A stretch of DNA of 64,000 bases from an uncultured Erysipelotrichaceae bacterium. Lineage in GTDB: Bacteria; Bacillota_I; Bacilli_A; RFN20; CAG-826. Position numbers and translations under genes: made by a program. The notes under the pieces were generated by a model. That model was not told the origin of the DNA. It saw nothing but the letters and a program-made list of their open reading frames with translations, and made no database searches. Where the stretch lies: the NCBI GenBank assembly GCA_946183085.1, contig CAMGZU010000002.1:2339-66338 (forward strand), read 5' to 3'. Below, one piece after another: positions 9,432 to 18,977 of the stretch; position 1 is the first letter of the stretch; every line of letters starts with the position of its first letter.

Positions 9432-10640
9432 ATGGAAAAATCACTCGAACGCTTCCTGCGTTACGTCAAAATCGACACCCAATCCAACTCGGAGAGCCAA
9501 ACGGTTCCGAGCGACCCCAAAGAACTCGATCTCTCGAGAGAGATCCTCCGCGAGCTCAAAGAATGGGGCGTAGAAGCCCATATCGACGAATTCGGCGTCC
9601 TTTATGGCAAATTGCCAGGCGTTGAAGGCCTTGACCCCATCGGGCTAAACGCCCACGTCGACACCGCCGAGGAGACCTCGGGCAAAAACGTGAAGCCGCA
9701 GATCATAAAGAACTACGATGGCGGGGTGATCCGCCTGAACGAGGAATACTCGATGTCGCCGAAAGAATTCAAAGGCTTGGCCAAGCACATCGGCGAAGAT
9801 CTCGTCGTCACAAGCGGCGACACCTTATTGGGGGCGGACGATAAGGCGGGTGACGCCATTATCATGGCGGTCTTAGAGCATTACATCACCCACCCCGAAG
9901 AGAAGCACCACACCATCTGCTTCGCCTTTACGCCAGACGAAGAGATTGGCCGCGGCCCCGACCACTTCGACGTCAAGAAGTTCGGCGCCGCCTACGCTTA
10001 TACGGTCGATGGCTCCGAACCCAACGAAATCGCCTTCGAAAACTTCAACGCCGCCCATGCGGATATCGCCATCAAAGGCGTCGTCGTCCACCCGGGCGAA
10101 GCGAAGAACCAAATGGTCAATGCCGCTTCGATCGCCGCGAAGTTCGACACCCTCCTCCCCGAAAAGGCGAGGCCCCAATACACTGAGAAGCGCGAAGGCT
10201 TCGTCCACCTCATCGAGATGAGCGGCGATTGCGGCTTTGCGAAGATGCATTACATCATCCGCGACCATGACCGCAATAAGCTCGAGGCGCTCAAAAACTC
10301 CTTCTTGGAAGCCCAGAAGATCCTTCAAAAAGAATTCCCGGCCGCCGAGATCGAGGTCAAGCTCGTCGACGACTACCGCAACATGAAGGAGGTCTTGGAC
10401 AAAGACCCCCGCGCCTTAACCCACATAACGAAGGTCTTCGAGTCGCTCAATATCCCGCTGATCTCGAATCCGATCCGCGGTGGGACCGACGGGGCTGGCT
10501 TCTCCTTCAAAGGCTGCCCCACCCCGAACCTTGGCACGGGCTCTTACAACCACCACGGCCGCTTCGAATACCTCTCGGTCCAAGAATTCAACCAGATGAT
10601 CGAGATCGTCAAGCGCTGCGTGAGCGCCGAGATCGAATAA
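9432..10640 (+). CDS. pepT: peptidase T (tripeptide aminopeptidase, M20B)
   Basis: MEKSLERFLRYVKIDTQS... with M20 metal-binding motifs. Start chosen at the ATG preceded by a strong RBS; the table ORF starts 57 nt earlier. Confidence 0.9.
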   Translation: MEKSLERFLRYVKIDTQSNSESQTVPSDPKELDLSREILRELKEWGVEAHIDEFGVLYGKLPGVEGLDPIGLNAHVDTAEETSGKNVKPQIIKNYDGGVIRLNEEYSMSPKEFKGLAKHIGEDLVVTSGDTLLGADDKAGDAIIMAVLEHYITHPEEKHHTICFAFTPDEEIGRGPDHFDVKKFGAAYAYTVDGSEPNEIAFENFNAAHADIAIKGVVVHPGEAKNQMVNAASIAAKFDTLLPEKARPQYTEKREGFVHLIEMSGDCGFAKMHYIIRDHDRNKLEALKNSFLEAQKILQKEFPAAEIEVKLVDDYRNMKEVLDKDPRALTHITKVFESLNIPLISNPIRGGTDGAGFSFKGCPTPNLGTGSYNHHGRFEYLSVQEFNQMIEIVKRCVSAEIE

Positions 10641-10648
10641 CAGGGAAT

Positions 10649-10675
10649 CTCCCGGACTCCGGGAGTTTTCTTTTT
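10649..10675 (+). terminator. rho-independent terminator after pepT
   Basis: Perfect inverted repeat CTCCCGG-act-CCGGGAG followed by TTTTCTTTTT. Confidence 0.8.
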
Positions 10676-10717
10676 GCCCCACTTCTAGCCCTTTGCTAGA
10701 ATGGTTGAAGTCGTTTT

Positions 10718-11875
10718 ATGGCCAACTTCCGTTATTTATCCGCCGTTTACCGCAACTTGGTGCGCCGCCTAGAAAGAGCGGTCCGCATTGCGGACATCAT
10801 CACCCAGTCTTTGATGCTGGCCTATTTCGTCTTCCTCGCTTACGACAACTTCGACGAGCCAGCCCTCTTCTACCCCTACATCGCCATCATCGCGATCTCG
10901 CTTTTCGGCCTCATCTACACCTTGCTGACCCATGGCAGGAAAGACCCGACCACCAAGAAGGTCAACCGCATCGTGAACGTCGGAAGATGGGCGATCCGCG
11001 GCTTGGTCTTATCGATCAACTTGATCCTCTTCTTCGTCAAAGGCAGCACCGACACGGAGAAGATCCTTTGGGCGGTCTCCGTCATCTTCCTCGTCTTACA
11101 GATTTTATTGGACGTCATCACCCGCGAAGTCATCCATCAATACCAGCTCGTCTTGGACGCGATCGCCTTGGATGTCGATGACGTCGATGGGGTCTTCGGC
11201 CGCATCCTGCAGCATACCAAAATCAAAGGCGCGCTCGCCCCGCGTGCGGCGCTTGCCCGCAGCCGGAGCGACGCCTTGATCCGGATGTCCTACTTAAACC
11301 GCATCGAAGACCGGCTTGAGGCCGTCATGGAAGGCAGACTCATCGTCCAAGTCGGCAAGAAGGCCCTCACCAAAAGACGCATTGAGAAAACCATTCAGGA
11401 AGCCGTCAAAGAGGCCGAGGAAATCTTGGCCAAAGAAAAGCTTTCCGAATTTCTCCAAAAACTCGACGCGCTCACCGATGGCAGGCCGCTTCCGATGCCC
11501 TTAGGCGAACAGCTCCAAGCCAATTCTTACGTCATCCATAACGCGTCTAACCCCGACGTCCCCGTCAATTACGCGACCCTTCTTTACACGTTGGCAGGCC
11601 TCACGATCTTCGTGAAGAACCATTTCGAAGAAGAGGGCGAGCCGGATTATGAATATGACGCCTTCTTCTTGGACCTCATCAACGCGGCGGTCATCGAAGA
11701 CTACGCCGCTCTCCCCGTCAAGCAAGGCGACGAAAAGCGGACAATCCTCCCCTTCTTCCGCAAAAAGGGCGAGCAGGAAGAGATGCACGGCCTCTTCAAA
11801 CGGATCAAGAAACGCTTCGCCCAAGACAAGGAAGCCAAGAAAGAAGAGCCGAAGAAAACGGATGAATCCAAATAA
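10718..11875 (+). CDS. hypothetical membrane protein (385 aa)
   Basis: Several N-terminal hydrophobic helices and a Lys/Glu-rich C-terminus. No recognised family. Confidence 0.55.
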   Translation: MANFRYLSAVYRNLVRRLERAVRIADIITQSLMLAYFVFLAYDNFDEPALFYPYIAIIAISLFGLIYTLLTHGRKDPTTKKVNRIVNVGRWAIRGLVLSINLILFFVKGSTDTEKILWAVSVIFLVLQILLDVITREVIHQYQLVLDAIALDVDDVDGVFGRILQHTKIKGALAPRAALARSRSDALIRMSYLNRIEDRLEAVMEGRLIVQVGKKALTKRRIEKTIQEAVKEAEEILAKEKLSEFLQKLDALTDGRPLPMPLGEQLQANSYVIHNASNPDVPVNYATLLYTLAGLTIFVKNHFEEEGEPDYEYDAFFLDLINAAVIEDYAALPVKQGDEKRTILPFFRKKGEQEEMHGLFKRIKKRFAQDKEAKKEEPKKTDESK

Positions 11876-11885
11876 AGGAAAACGA

Positions 11886-11917
11886 CCTCTGAAGGTCGTT
11901 TTCATTGTTGCCCTTAC
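11886..11917. terminator. bidirectional rho-independent terminator between convergent genes
   Basis: AAACGACCT-ctga-AGGTCGTTT hairpin with T-rich flanks on both strands. Confidence 0.7.
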
Positions 11918-13080
11918 TTGGGGCGTTTCTTTTTGGAAACGGAAGAAGGCGCTTGGTCTTCGCGCTTGCTGATGACGATCTGATTGTAAGGAATCGCGAT
12001 CTCGAAGTCATTGAAGAGGTTATAGACGTATTCGTTTAAAGCGCGGGTGACGCCGAATTTGTCGCTTTCGGCGCAGGTGGCGACGATGCGCACGGTGATC
12101 CCCGAATCGCCCAAAGCCTGGACGCCGAGATAATTCGGCCGCCGTTTGATGCCAGGGATCTTCACCCTCATCTCATCAAGATGGCTCTCCACCACCTCGC
12201 GGACGTAATCGAGGTCCGTCTCATAGTCGACGTCGCAATCGCAGACGGCGATCGAGCTTTTCCTTGAGAGATTGATGACGGTTGAAACGGCATGGTTACG
12301 GACCACTTTGATGTTATGGGCCCCATCTTCTAGTTTCACGCAGGAAAGACCAATCTCCTTAACGGTGCCGCGGAAATCATCGATCACGACGACGTCGCCG
12401 ATCTGGAATTGGTCTTCGAAGACGATCTCGATGCCGCCGATGATGTCGGCGATGAGGGTCTGGGCGCCTAAGCCAATGACAAGGGCGATGATGCCAGCGG
12501 AAGCTAGAATCGTCGCGGTGTCGACGCCCCAAACGGCCAAGATGGCGAAAACGGCGATGATCCAGCAGGCGTATTTGACGGCGGAACTTGCCAATTTGGT
12601 GAGGGTGATGGTCTTATAGGATTTGCCGATCGAGGCCAAAGAGACCACGACGCGGACGATGCAGGAGAAACCAATCGCCACGAAGAAAGCGAAAAGGCTC
12701 CTCGCGATCCGCTGGAAGTAGACGTTGCCCTCCAAAATTTCATAAAGCCAAGGGAGATTTGTCTCAATCTTATCAAGGTTATAGAAGGCCAAAAGGAACA
12801 GGGCCGAATAGACAATAGCGATGATCAAGAAGACGATGTTTGAGGCCAGATGCCCCTTCGTCTTGGAGTCCATGGTCTTTAAGGTCTCGGTGGAGGTGTC
12901 ATCGTTTTCGTCGATCTCATCCTCGCGCCCCATCGTCAAAAGGATGCGCTGCGCCTCTTTTTTGGCGGCTTCGAGTTTCTTTTTCTTCTCGGCTTCGCGC
13001 CGCTTTTCCGCCGCGATTTGCGCCTCGCTTTTCGTGCCTTTTTTCTTGGGCGAAGCTTTTGTTTTCTTTTCTTCTGCCAT
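11914..13080 (-). CDS. MscS family mechanosensitive ion channel
   Basis: TM3-beta-domain region ...GAQTLIADIIGGIEIVFEDQFQIGDVVVI... typical of MscS. Lys-rich N-terminus. Confidence 0.85.
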   Translation of the reverse strand: MAEEKKTKASPKKKGTKSEAQIAAEKRREAEKKKKLEAAKKEAQRILLTMGREDEIDENDDTSTETLKTMDSKTKGHLASNIVFLIIAIVYSALFLLAFYNLDKIETNLPWLYEILEGNVYFQRIARSLFAFFVAIGFSCIVRVVVSLASIGKSYKTITLTKLASSAVKYACWIIAVFAILAVWGVDTATILASAGIIALVIGLGAQTLIADIIGGIEIVFEDQFQIGDVVVIDDFRGTVKEIGLSCVKLEDGAHNIKVVRNHAVSTVINLSRKSSIAVCDCDVDYETDLDYVREVVESHLDEMRVKIPGIKRRPNYLGVQALGDSGITVRIVATCAESDKFGVTRALNEYVYNLFNDFEIAIPYNQIVISKREDQAPSSVSKKKRPK

Positions 13081-13094
13081 CTTTTTTACCTCAT

Positions 13095-13745
13095 TTACCG
13101 TTTGTATTCTTTAAAGCCATAAAGGCTATTTTTGCCATAGCCATATTGGCTATAAATCCGGAACTCGTATTGTCCCGAAAAAGACTTTGGGATCAAGAAG
13201 GGAGATTCGCTTTCTTCACTACGAAAGCGCATCCTTTTCTCCGTGCCAAGCGAGATGACGTCAGGGTCATCGTTCCACTTCAGCTCATAGGTGAGTTCAT
13301 CGCGTTCCTCTCCAAGAGCGAAGCTTATGTAAAGCGTGGCCCTCTTTTTATAAGTCACGTAGAAATCGTAGGAGACGTAGGTCCCTTCTTCGCGCTCCGT
13401 TAAGGTGGCGATCTCCCCGCTTGCTCCAGCCAAGCTCGGCTTAGCGTTATTCATGTTGTTGATCATCGCCACCGCGCCAACGGTGGTGATGGTTAAGGCC
13501 GCCAAAGCGCCGGAGACCTTCTTCGTCTTGGAGGCCTTGGCGATGTTCCCGAGGTCTTTTTCTTCCTGAAGGGAGCTCCCTAAGTCGCTATCTTCGTAAG
13601 CGGAGATCGCGGTGTTATCAGGAGAAGCGTAGTTCTTCCCGCTTGTAAGGTCGTTATATTCGGGATGGCTATAGGCTTCTTGGGCAGCCAAAAGATTGGC
13701 CTTTTGGCCCCAGTTTCGGTTGTTTGGCTGCGCGTTGATTCCCAT
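13095..13745 (-). CDS. hypothetical membrane-anchored protein (216 aa), co-transcribed with the MscS gene
   Basis: Single central TM helix. 14 bp upstream of the mscS start on the same strand. Confidence 0.5.
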   Translation of the reverse strand: MGINAQPNNRNWGQKANLLAAQEAYSHPEYNDLTSGKNYASPDNTAISAYEDSDLGSSLQEEKDLGNIAKASKTKKVSGALAALTITTVGAVAMINNMNNAKPSLAGASGEIATLTEREEGTYVSYDFYVTYKKRATLYISFALGEERDELTYELKWNDDPDVISLGTEKRMRFRSEESESPFLIPKSFSGQYEFRIYSQYGYGKNSLYGFKEYKR

Positions 13746-13793
13746 GCGGTCTTAATTGTGGCAAAAGAAAGACGAAATGCAATCTTTTCGTAA

Positions 13794-13820
13794 GAAAAGG
13801 CGCCTCGCGAGGAGACGCCA
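13794..13820 (-). terminator. hairpin with U-tract downstream of tRNA-Gln
   Basis: GGCG-CCTCGCGAGG-(aga)-CGCC palindrome followed on the minus strand by TTTTCTT. Confidence 0.5.
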
Positions 13821-13830
13821 TGACTTCGAT

Positions 13831-13905
13831 TGGCTGGGGTGACTGGGATCGGACCAGTGCATGCGGGTTTCAGAGACCCGTGCCTTACCGCTTGGCTACA
13901 CCCCA
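13831..13905 (-). tRNA. tRNA-Gln (anticodon CTG)
   Basis: Reverse complement TGGGGTGTAGCCAAGCGGTAAGGCACGGGTCTCTGAAACCCGCATGCACTGGTTCGATCCCAGTCACCCCAGCCA folds as a cloverleaf. Anticodon loop CTCTGAA. Encoded CCA. Confidence 0.85.
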
Positions 13906-14032
13906 ACAGCAAGTAGTATTCTACTCATTCCACCGCATTAGGCAAGAAAAGAATTGCCTTTTGGTGAGCGACGCTTCTTCTTGCCCAAAAGAGGCAGAAC
14001 CGATTCGGCAAACTTTTTTCTCACAAGAAGTT

Positions 14033-15664
14033 TCAGAGCTGAATCACGAAATCGGCGTGAAGCGCTTCCGTTTTGTCATGGGTGACCATGAGCACGGTTT
14101 TTCCTTCCGAAACCGCCTCTTTGAAATAGGAGAGGATGACCTTTTTGCTTTCCGCGTCCAGATGTGAGACGGCTTCATCCAAAAACCAAATGTCGCATTG
14201 CCTGCAATATTGCATAGCGAGCGCAAGCCTTTGTTTTTCCCCTCCCGAAAGCAGTTTGGCGGCTTCGCCAATATTTGTGTCAAGACCATCGGGCAACTTC
14301 TCGATCATTTCCGAAAGCGAAAAGGATTTTAAAGCTTGGGAAATGAGATCGTTGTTTTTGGTAAATAGGCCGAAATTATATCGAATGCTTCCCGAGTAAA
14401 AGAAAGGGCTTTGGCAAACGTAAGCAATTTGCTTTCGTATTTGGTTTTTGCCGATAACATCGATTTCCTTCCCATCGAAATAAACGCTGCCTTTTTGCGG
14501 GGTTCTTAAGCCTAAAAGCAAGGAAAGAATTGTACTTTTCCCAATGCCAGATTTTCCAAGCAAAACCGTCCATTTGCCAACCGGAACATCCAAATTGAAG
14601 TCTTGTAACACTGGAACGTCATCTCGGTAGGAAAAATCCACTTTTTTCAAACCAAAGGAATTTTTGATAACGCACATCGTTTGCGAATCCAACTCTTTTT
14701 CCAAAGGGAGGCACAAGAAAGAAGTGAGGCGCTCCATTTCTGCTTTATGCTTAGCTTTGGAGTAATTAAGGCCAGTGATGGAATTGACATGGGCGCAATA
14801 GGCGGTTGCATAAGCAAAAAGAGAAGCGAGCGAACCAATCGAAGCTTTTTGACCTGGCACATTCACAAAGTGAAAAAGGATGGCCAGTGCCAAAGAAGCG
14901 CCAACAAAAAACATCGGAAGGAATCCTGTGTTCCACAATGATGAGAGGCTATCGATTGCAGCGATTTTGCCCCAATGCGCTAGCCCGCGCCCGACCGAAC
15001 TTTCAAGCTCTTCTTTTTTCGTCTTGGTCAAAAGATTGGTTTTTATAAATTCAACGGAATGGAAGTCTTCCGTTTTCTTTTGCTGCATTTCGGCGTTGAT
15101 TTCGACAACCTCTTTCACCTCGGGTTCAATCCGTTTCGCAAAATTTTTGCTTGGTAGCAGGCTCAATGGAATGTAGAGAAGCAAGAAAGGAACGACGCAC
15201 CAATAAGAGAAACCAATCAAGATCAAAGAGACGGTTGCAGAGACAATAAAGGCGAACAAACGTGGTTTTTCGGCGATGTTAAAATAGATGTAACTAGATG
15301 ACTCTTTTGAACAAAGAGCCGCCAATTCGGCGGAATCCTTGTCGTCGAAATAAGAGACATCTTGCGAAAGAATCCTTTCGAAAATCTCCATCGAAACTTC
15401 ATTGGCTCTGGTCTTCGCAAACAAAACGTTTTTATAGGAAACGTAAACGCTAAGCAAAATCGAAACGAACGGGGTGGCGATGAGGAGAACAACCGAAGTG
15501 ATGGTAATCGTCGTCTCTTCGCCCGATAGGCCCCGGTCAATTAATAACTCCAAACAAAACGCGGGGATCAAGGAAAGAAGCTGAATAAAACAGTAAAGAA
15601 AGCCATTCCGAATTGAAATGGCTTTAAACGCAAATTTCTTTTCCAGCATTTTCGAAAATTCCAA
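14033..15664 (-). CDS. ABC exporter with fused permease and ATP-binding domains, in a low-GC island
   Basis: 543 aa. N-terminal 6-TM domain, then Walker A GKSGIGKST, signature LSGGEKQRLALA, Walker B IWFLDEA. Local GC about 40% versus about 55% in flanking genes. Confidence 0.85.
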   Translation of the reverse strand: MEFSKMLEKKFAFKAISIRNGFLYCFIQLLSLIPAFCLELLIDRGLSGEETTITITSVVLLIATPFVSILLSVYVSYKNVLFAKTRANEVSMEIFERILSQDVSYFDDKDSAELAALCSKESSSYIYFNIAEKPRLFAFIVSATVSLILIGFSYWCVVPFLLLYIPLSLLPSKNFAKRIEPEVKEVVEINAEMQQKKTEDFHSVEFIKTNLLTKTKKEELESSVGRGLAHWGKIAAIDSLSSLWNTGFLPMFFVGASLALAILFHFVNVPGQKASIGSLASLFAYATAYCAHVNSITGLNYSKAKHKAEMERLTSFLCLPLEKELDSQTMCVIKNSFGLKKVDFSYRDDVPVLQDFNLDVPVGKWTVLLGKSGIGKSTILSLLLGLRTPQKGSVYFDGKEIDVIGKNQIRKQIAYVCQSPFFYSGSIRYNFGLFTKNNDLISQALKSFSLSEMIEKLPDGLDTNIGEAAKLLSGGEKQRLALAMQYCRQCDIWFLDEAVSHLDAESKKVILSYFKEAVSEGKTVLMVTHDKTEALHADFVIQL

Positions 15665-15972
15665 AAGTTATTATCGCCCTACACGCCCGTTCGACGGAAG
15701 GAGCTATTTCCGTTCTCGTTTTTCCACACTGAATGCAAAAATCATTAATTATCCTTAATTGATTTTTGCTTGTTTTCTATTTTACTCGATTTTGAGGAAA
15801 GGCGCTCAAAAAATCATCGACCGCCACTAAGATTCCCTCAAATAAGGCGAAATAGAGCGAGATCGCTTTCGTCGAAGAAATTTCGGATTGCTTATCGCCG
15901 TAAGTCATCCACCGGTTGATGATCATCCCCCCTTTTGCGCTCCCGCGCGCTCATATATAATGGAGAGTCGAT

Positions 15973-16578
15973 ATGAACATCATCGCGATCGCCGGGGGTT
16001 CTGGCTCTGGCAAAAGCTATTTGGCTGCGACTCTAAAAGAGAAGCTTAAGGGCAACGTGGCCATTCTTTCCTACGACCGTTATTACAAAGTGCTGACGGG
16101 CATGAGTTTGGAAGAAAGGGCAAAGGTCAATTTCGATGACCCGAAATCCTTGGACAAGGATCTCTTTTACGCCCATTTGAACGCCTTAAAAATGGGGGAC
16201 TCCGTCGAGCTCCCGATCTACAACTTTGCCACCCATTCCCGCGAGAAGGAAACGATTCACCTTGACCCGCCGGAAACCTTGATCGTCGAGGGCATCATGG
16301 TCTTGGAAGAAGAGGATTTCCTCCCCTTATACGACAAAACGATCTTCATCGATACCGAAGAGGCCGTGCGCAAGAACCGCCGCATCGTAAGAGACACCAA
16401 AGAAAGGGGACGTACCCTCGATTCCGTCCTGGAGCAATGGGCCGAATCGGTCCAGCCGATGCACGAGCGTTACGTCTCCCCTTCCAGGAAGAACGCCGAG
16501 TTCCTCTTTCAAAATAACGGCTCTAACGGCATTCCCGAAGAGGACCTTGCCATCTTATTGCGTTATCTCAACTCATGA
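15973..16578 (+). CDS. udk: uridine/cytidine kinase
   Basis: P-loop AGGSGSGKS and the udk-typical ...YDRYYK... and ...LIVEGI... blocks. Confidence 0.85.
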   Translation: MNIIAIAGGSGSGKSYLAATLKEKLKGNVAILSYDRYYKVLTGMSLEERAKVNFDDPKSLDKDLFYAHLNALKMGDSVELPIYNFATHSREKETIHLDPPETLIVEGIMVLEEEDFLPLYDKTIFIDTEEAVRKNRRIVRDTKERGRTLDSVLEQWAESVQPMHERYVSPSRKNAEFLFQNNGSNGIPEEDLAILLRYLNS

Positions 16579-17342
16579 TCGACGTCCATTTCCACTTAGG
16601 TTCCTTCCCAACGTTAGAGAAAGGCAAGCGCTTTTTGCTTGATTCCATCGCCAACCATCCTTTTGAATGCGCTTTGATCTCCCACCTTGATGCGACAGAG
16701 TTTGGCGAAGAAGGCAAACGCGTCATCGACCAGATGAGCGCCCTCAAAGAGGGCTTGGGCTTCTGCAAAGAGCACGAAGGCCGTTTCTATCTGCTCGTCT
16801 GGATCCGCCCAAACTTCGAGACGCCGAGCAAAGAGTTCTGCGACCTCATCAAAAAGAACCTCAAATACATCAAGGGGCTCAAGATGCACCCATATTGCTC
16901 CAGGATGCGGATCGACGATCCCAAGGTCGAGCCTTATTTATCTCTCGCCGAAGAGCTCCATCTTCCGATCCTCGTCCATACCGCAATCGATGACTATTCC
17001 TCCATCCTCCATTTGGAGGCGGTGGCCAAAAAGCATCCCGATCTCGTCTTCATCGCCGCTCATATGGAGCTATACACCGACCACGACTGCACCATCGAAG
17101 TCATGAAGCGGAACCCCAACATCTATTGCGACACCGCTTGGGTCGAGATGAAAGACGCCGCACGTGCGATCGAAGAAGTCGGCAAAGAACGGGTCCTCTT
17201 TGGCAGCGACACCCCGCTAGACGGCGAGATGACCTTGGACGAAGCGATTTACCAAAACTATTTCCATAACGCCGAAAACCTCGACGAGGAAAGCTACGCC
17301 TTGTTGATGGGCGGCAACGCGAAACGGATCTTCCGAATTTAA
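16575..17342 (+). CDS. amidohydrolase-2 family metal-dependent hydrolase (TIM barrel)
   Basis: MIDVHFHLG... HxH metal motif. Overlaps the udk stop by 4 bp (ATGA). Confidence 0.7.
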   Translation: MIDVHFHLGSFPTLEKGKRFLLDSIANHPFECALISHLDATEFGEEGKRVIDQMSALKEGLGFCKEHEGRFYLLVWIRPNFETPSKEFCDLIKKNLKYIKGLKMHPYCSRMRIDDPKVEPYLSLAEELHLPILVHTAIDDYSSILHLEAVAKKHPDLVFIAAHMELYTDHDCTIEVMKRNPNIYCDTAWVEMKDAARAIEEVGKERVLFGSDTPLDGEMTLDEAIYQNYFHNAENLDEESYALLMGGNAKRIFRI

Positions 17343-17390
17343 GTTCCGGAAGGTACTTTTCGAAAAACGACATTCCCAAAATCAAAAAAC

Positions 17391-17415
17391 CAAGAAAAAA
17401 GAGAGGTCACGCCCC
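17391..17415. terminator. bidirectional terminator hairpin
   Basis: GAGAGG-tcacgc-CCCTCT followed by TTTTAT, between convergent genes. Confidence 0.5.
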
Positions 17416-17419
17416 TCTT

Positions 17420-18397
17420 TTATCGTTTCATCGCCTTTGTGAGTTCAGCAAGGCGGCTCTCTAGGTTCCCGTCCTTGATGATGCATAAGGCATCTTCATG
17501 GGAAATCACGTGCACCGTCTTCTTCGCAACCTTGGCTTGATACATCGCTAGGTCACAGAGATCGAGTTCGTTTTGAAGCCCCAGCACGTTTTGCTTCTTG
17601 GGATAGACGAGTTCCAACAAACCGAAGGAGGCGGAGCACTCCATCCCCTTGCAACGGGAGAAAGAGTTCTTCGGGAGCTCAATGAGGTATTGTTGGATGC
17701 GCTCGATGACCGACATCGCGAATTTGAGGTCATGTCGGAAGATGAGGATCATGAATTCGTCGCCCGAGCGGCGATAGAAGATGTCGTCGCTCGAAGAAAT
17801 CGCGATGAGATAGGAGGAAAGCATCGACAATACATCGTCGCCAACCGAATGGCCATAGGTGTCGTTGATCGTCTTGAATTTGTTGAGGTCGAAGAGGCAG
17901 AGATATCCATCGCGGCGGTTTTCGCCAACGTGGCTTTTGAGCGTATTGAAATTGAAGAGGCCCGTGAGGCGATCCTTGTAGGTTCCCGCGACGTATTGAT
18001 CGATCGCATCCAACCCCGTATTCGCGTCGAAATAGACGAAGAGGCAGCTTAAGCCTCCCTTTTTCTTGGCGATGCTCATCATGAAGTTGGCTTTTTGGCC
18101 ATCGACGACAAGCGGCAAGATGAAGGAGGCGGGACGATCGTCCTCGATGCAGGTGACCACCGCTTCCTTGAAGTCGTTGAGATATTCGACGTAGCCGATG
18201 CCTTCGGTGACCTCGCCATGGGGGTCGATCGCATCCATCACCGACTGGAGGTTAACAAAGTCCGGATAGCCCGCGAAGGAGAAAGAACCCGCCAAATAAT
18301 GGAAGGGAGAAGCGAAAAGCTCGTCCTTTTTGGCGGTGATGTCACAGACGATTACGGTGCGGAAGCGCGAGATTCTTTGGGCAAGCGAGGCCGACAT
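17420..18397 (-). CDS. GGDEF domain protein with a degenerate SGDEF active-site motif
   Basis: ...FDLNKFKTINDTYGHSVGDDVL...YRRSGDEFMIL...; the first Gly of the GG(D/E)EF motif is replaced by Ser. Confidence 0.75.
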   Translation of the reverse strand: MSASLAQRISRFRTVIVCDITAKKDELFASPFHYLAGSFSFAGYPDFVNLQSVMDAIDPHGEVTEGIGYVEYLNDFKEAVVTCIEDDRPASFILPLVVDGQKANFMMSIAKKKGGLSCLFVYFDANTGLDAIDQYVAGTYKDRLTGLFNFNTLKSHVGENRRDGYLCLFDLNKFKTINDTYGHSVGDDVLSMLSSYLIAISSSDDIFYRRSGDEFMILIFRHDLKFAMSVIERIQQYLIELPKNSFSRCKGMECSASFGLLELVYPKKQNVLGLQNELDLCDLAMYQAKVAKKTVHVISHEDALCIIKDGNLESRLAELTKAMKR

Positions 18398-18438
18398 TGT
18401 GCCTTTATTTTAACGCAAGATAAGAAAGAAGGGAGAGA

Positions 18439-18966
18439 CTACTTCTCCTCTTCCTCCTTGTCGAGGGCCTCGACTTCGATGACGTTGGGATTCTCCTCTT
18501 CCTTGGCTTCGACTTTGGGCTGGGCCTGGTCGAAATAATCCTCGACGAATTCTTCCGTCGCCTTCCTGGCTTTGCCGAGGTAATAGCGGAAGTAACTGCG
18601 GATCGCGTAATAGAAATCGTAGATGACGAAGAAGATGGCAAAGACCATCAATAAGCCCCGCCAGGAAGAAGTGCCTTCGATGGGAACAAAGAAGAAAAGC
18701 GAAGCGGCGACAACGCCCAAACCAAAAGCAAAGATCGGGAGAAGAGGCTCAAAGAAAGGAACCTCTTTGGCAAAGCCATAAAGGAAGAAATCGGCCAAAG
18801 AAAGAAGGAGCATGACGCCGCTGATGCCCGCAATCACGAAGCAAAGGACCTTCGCCACGTCAAGCGTCGCGGCCGTGAAGGCGAAAAGCAAAGCCAAAAG
18901 CATGAGGGTTAGGCTCGGGATGAGCATCTCCGCAAAGCGGGGGATCAAGATCTGTTTCTCTCTCAT
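18439..18966 (-). CDS. hypothetical polytopic membrane protein (175 aa)
   Basis: Four or five hydrophobic helices and an acidic C-terminal tail. Confidence 0.55.
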   Translation of the reverse strand: MREKQILIPRFAEMLIPSLTLMLLALLFAFTAATLDVAKVLCFVIAGISGVMLLLSLADFFLYGFAKEVPFFEPLLPIFAFGLGVVAASLFFFVPIEGTSSWRGLLMVFAIFFVIYDFYYAIRSYFRYYLGKARKATEEFVEDYFDQAQPKVEAKEEENPNVIEVEALDKEEEEK

Positions 18967-18977
18967 GGCATGTCTCC

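Noticed and set aside
13906-14032. Possible terminator hairpins (GGCAAgaaaagaaTTGCC; GAACCGATTCGGC) downstream of the island ABC gene
   Set aside because: The stems are short or imperfect and lack a convincing U-tract on the relevant (minus) strand.
13820-14167. 115-aa plus-strand ORF overlapping tRNA-Gln
   Set aside because: It overlaps a tRNA and the 3' end of the ABC gene. No RBS.
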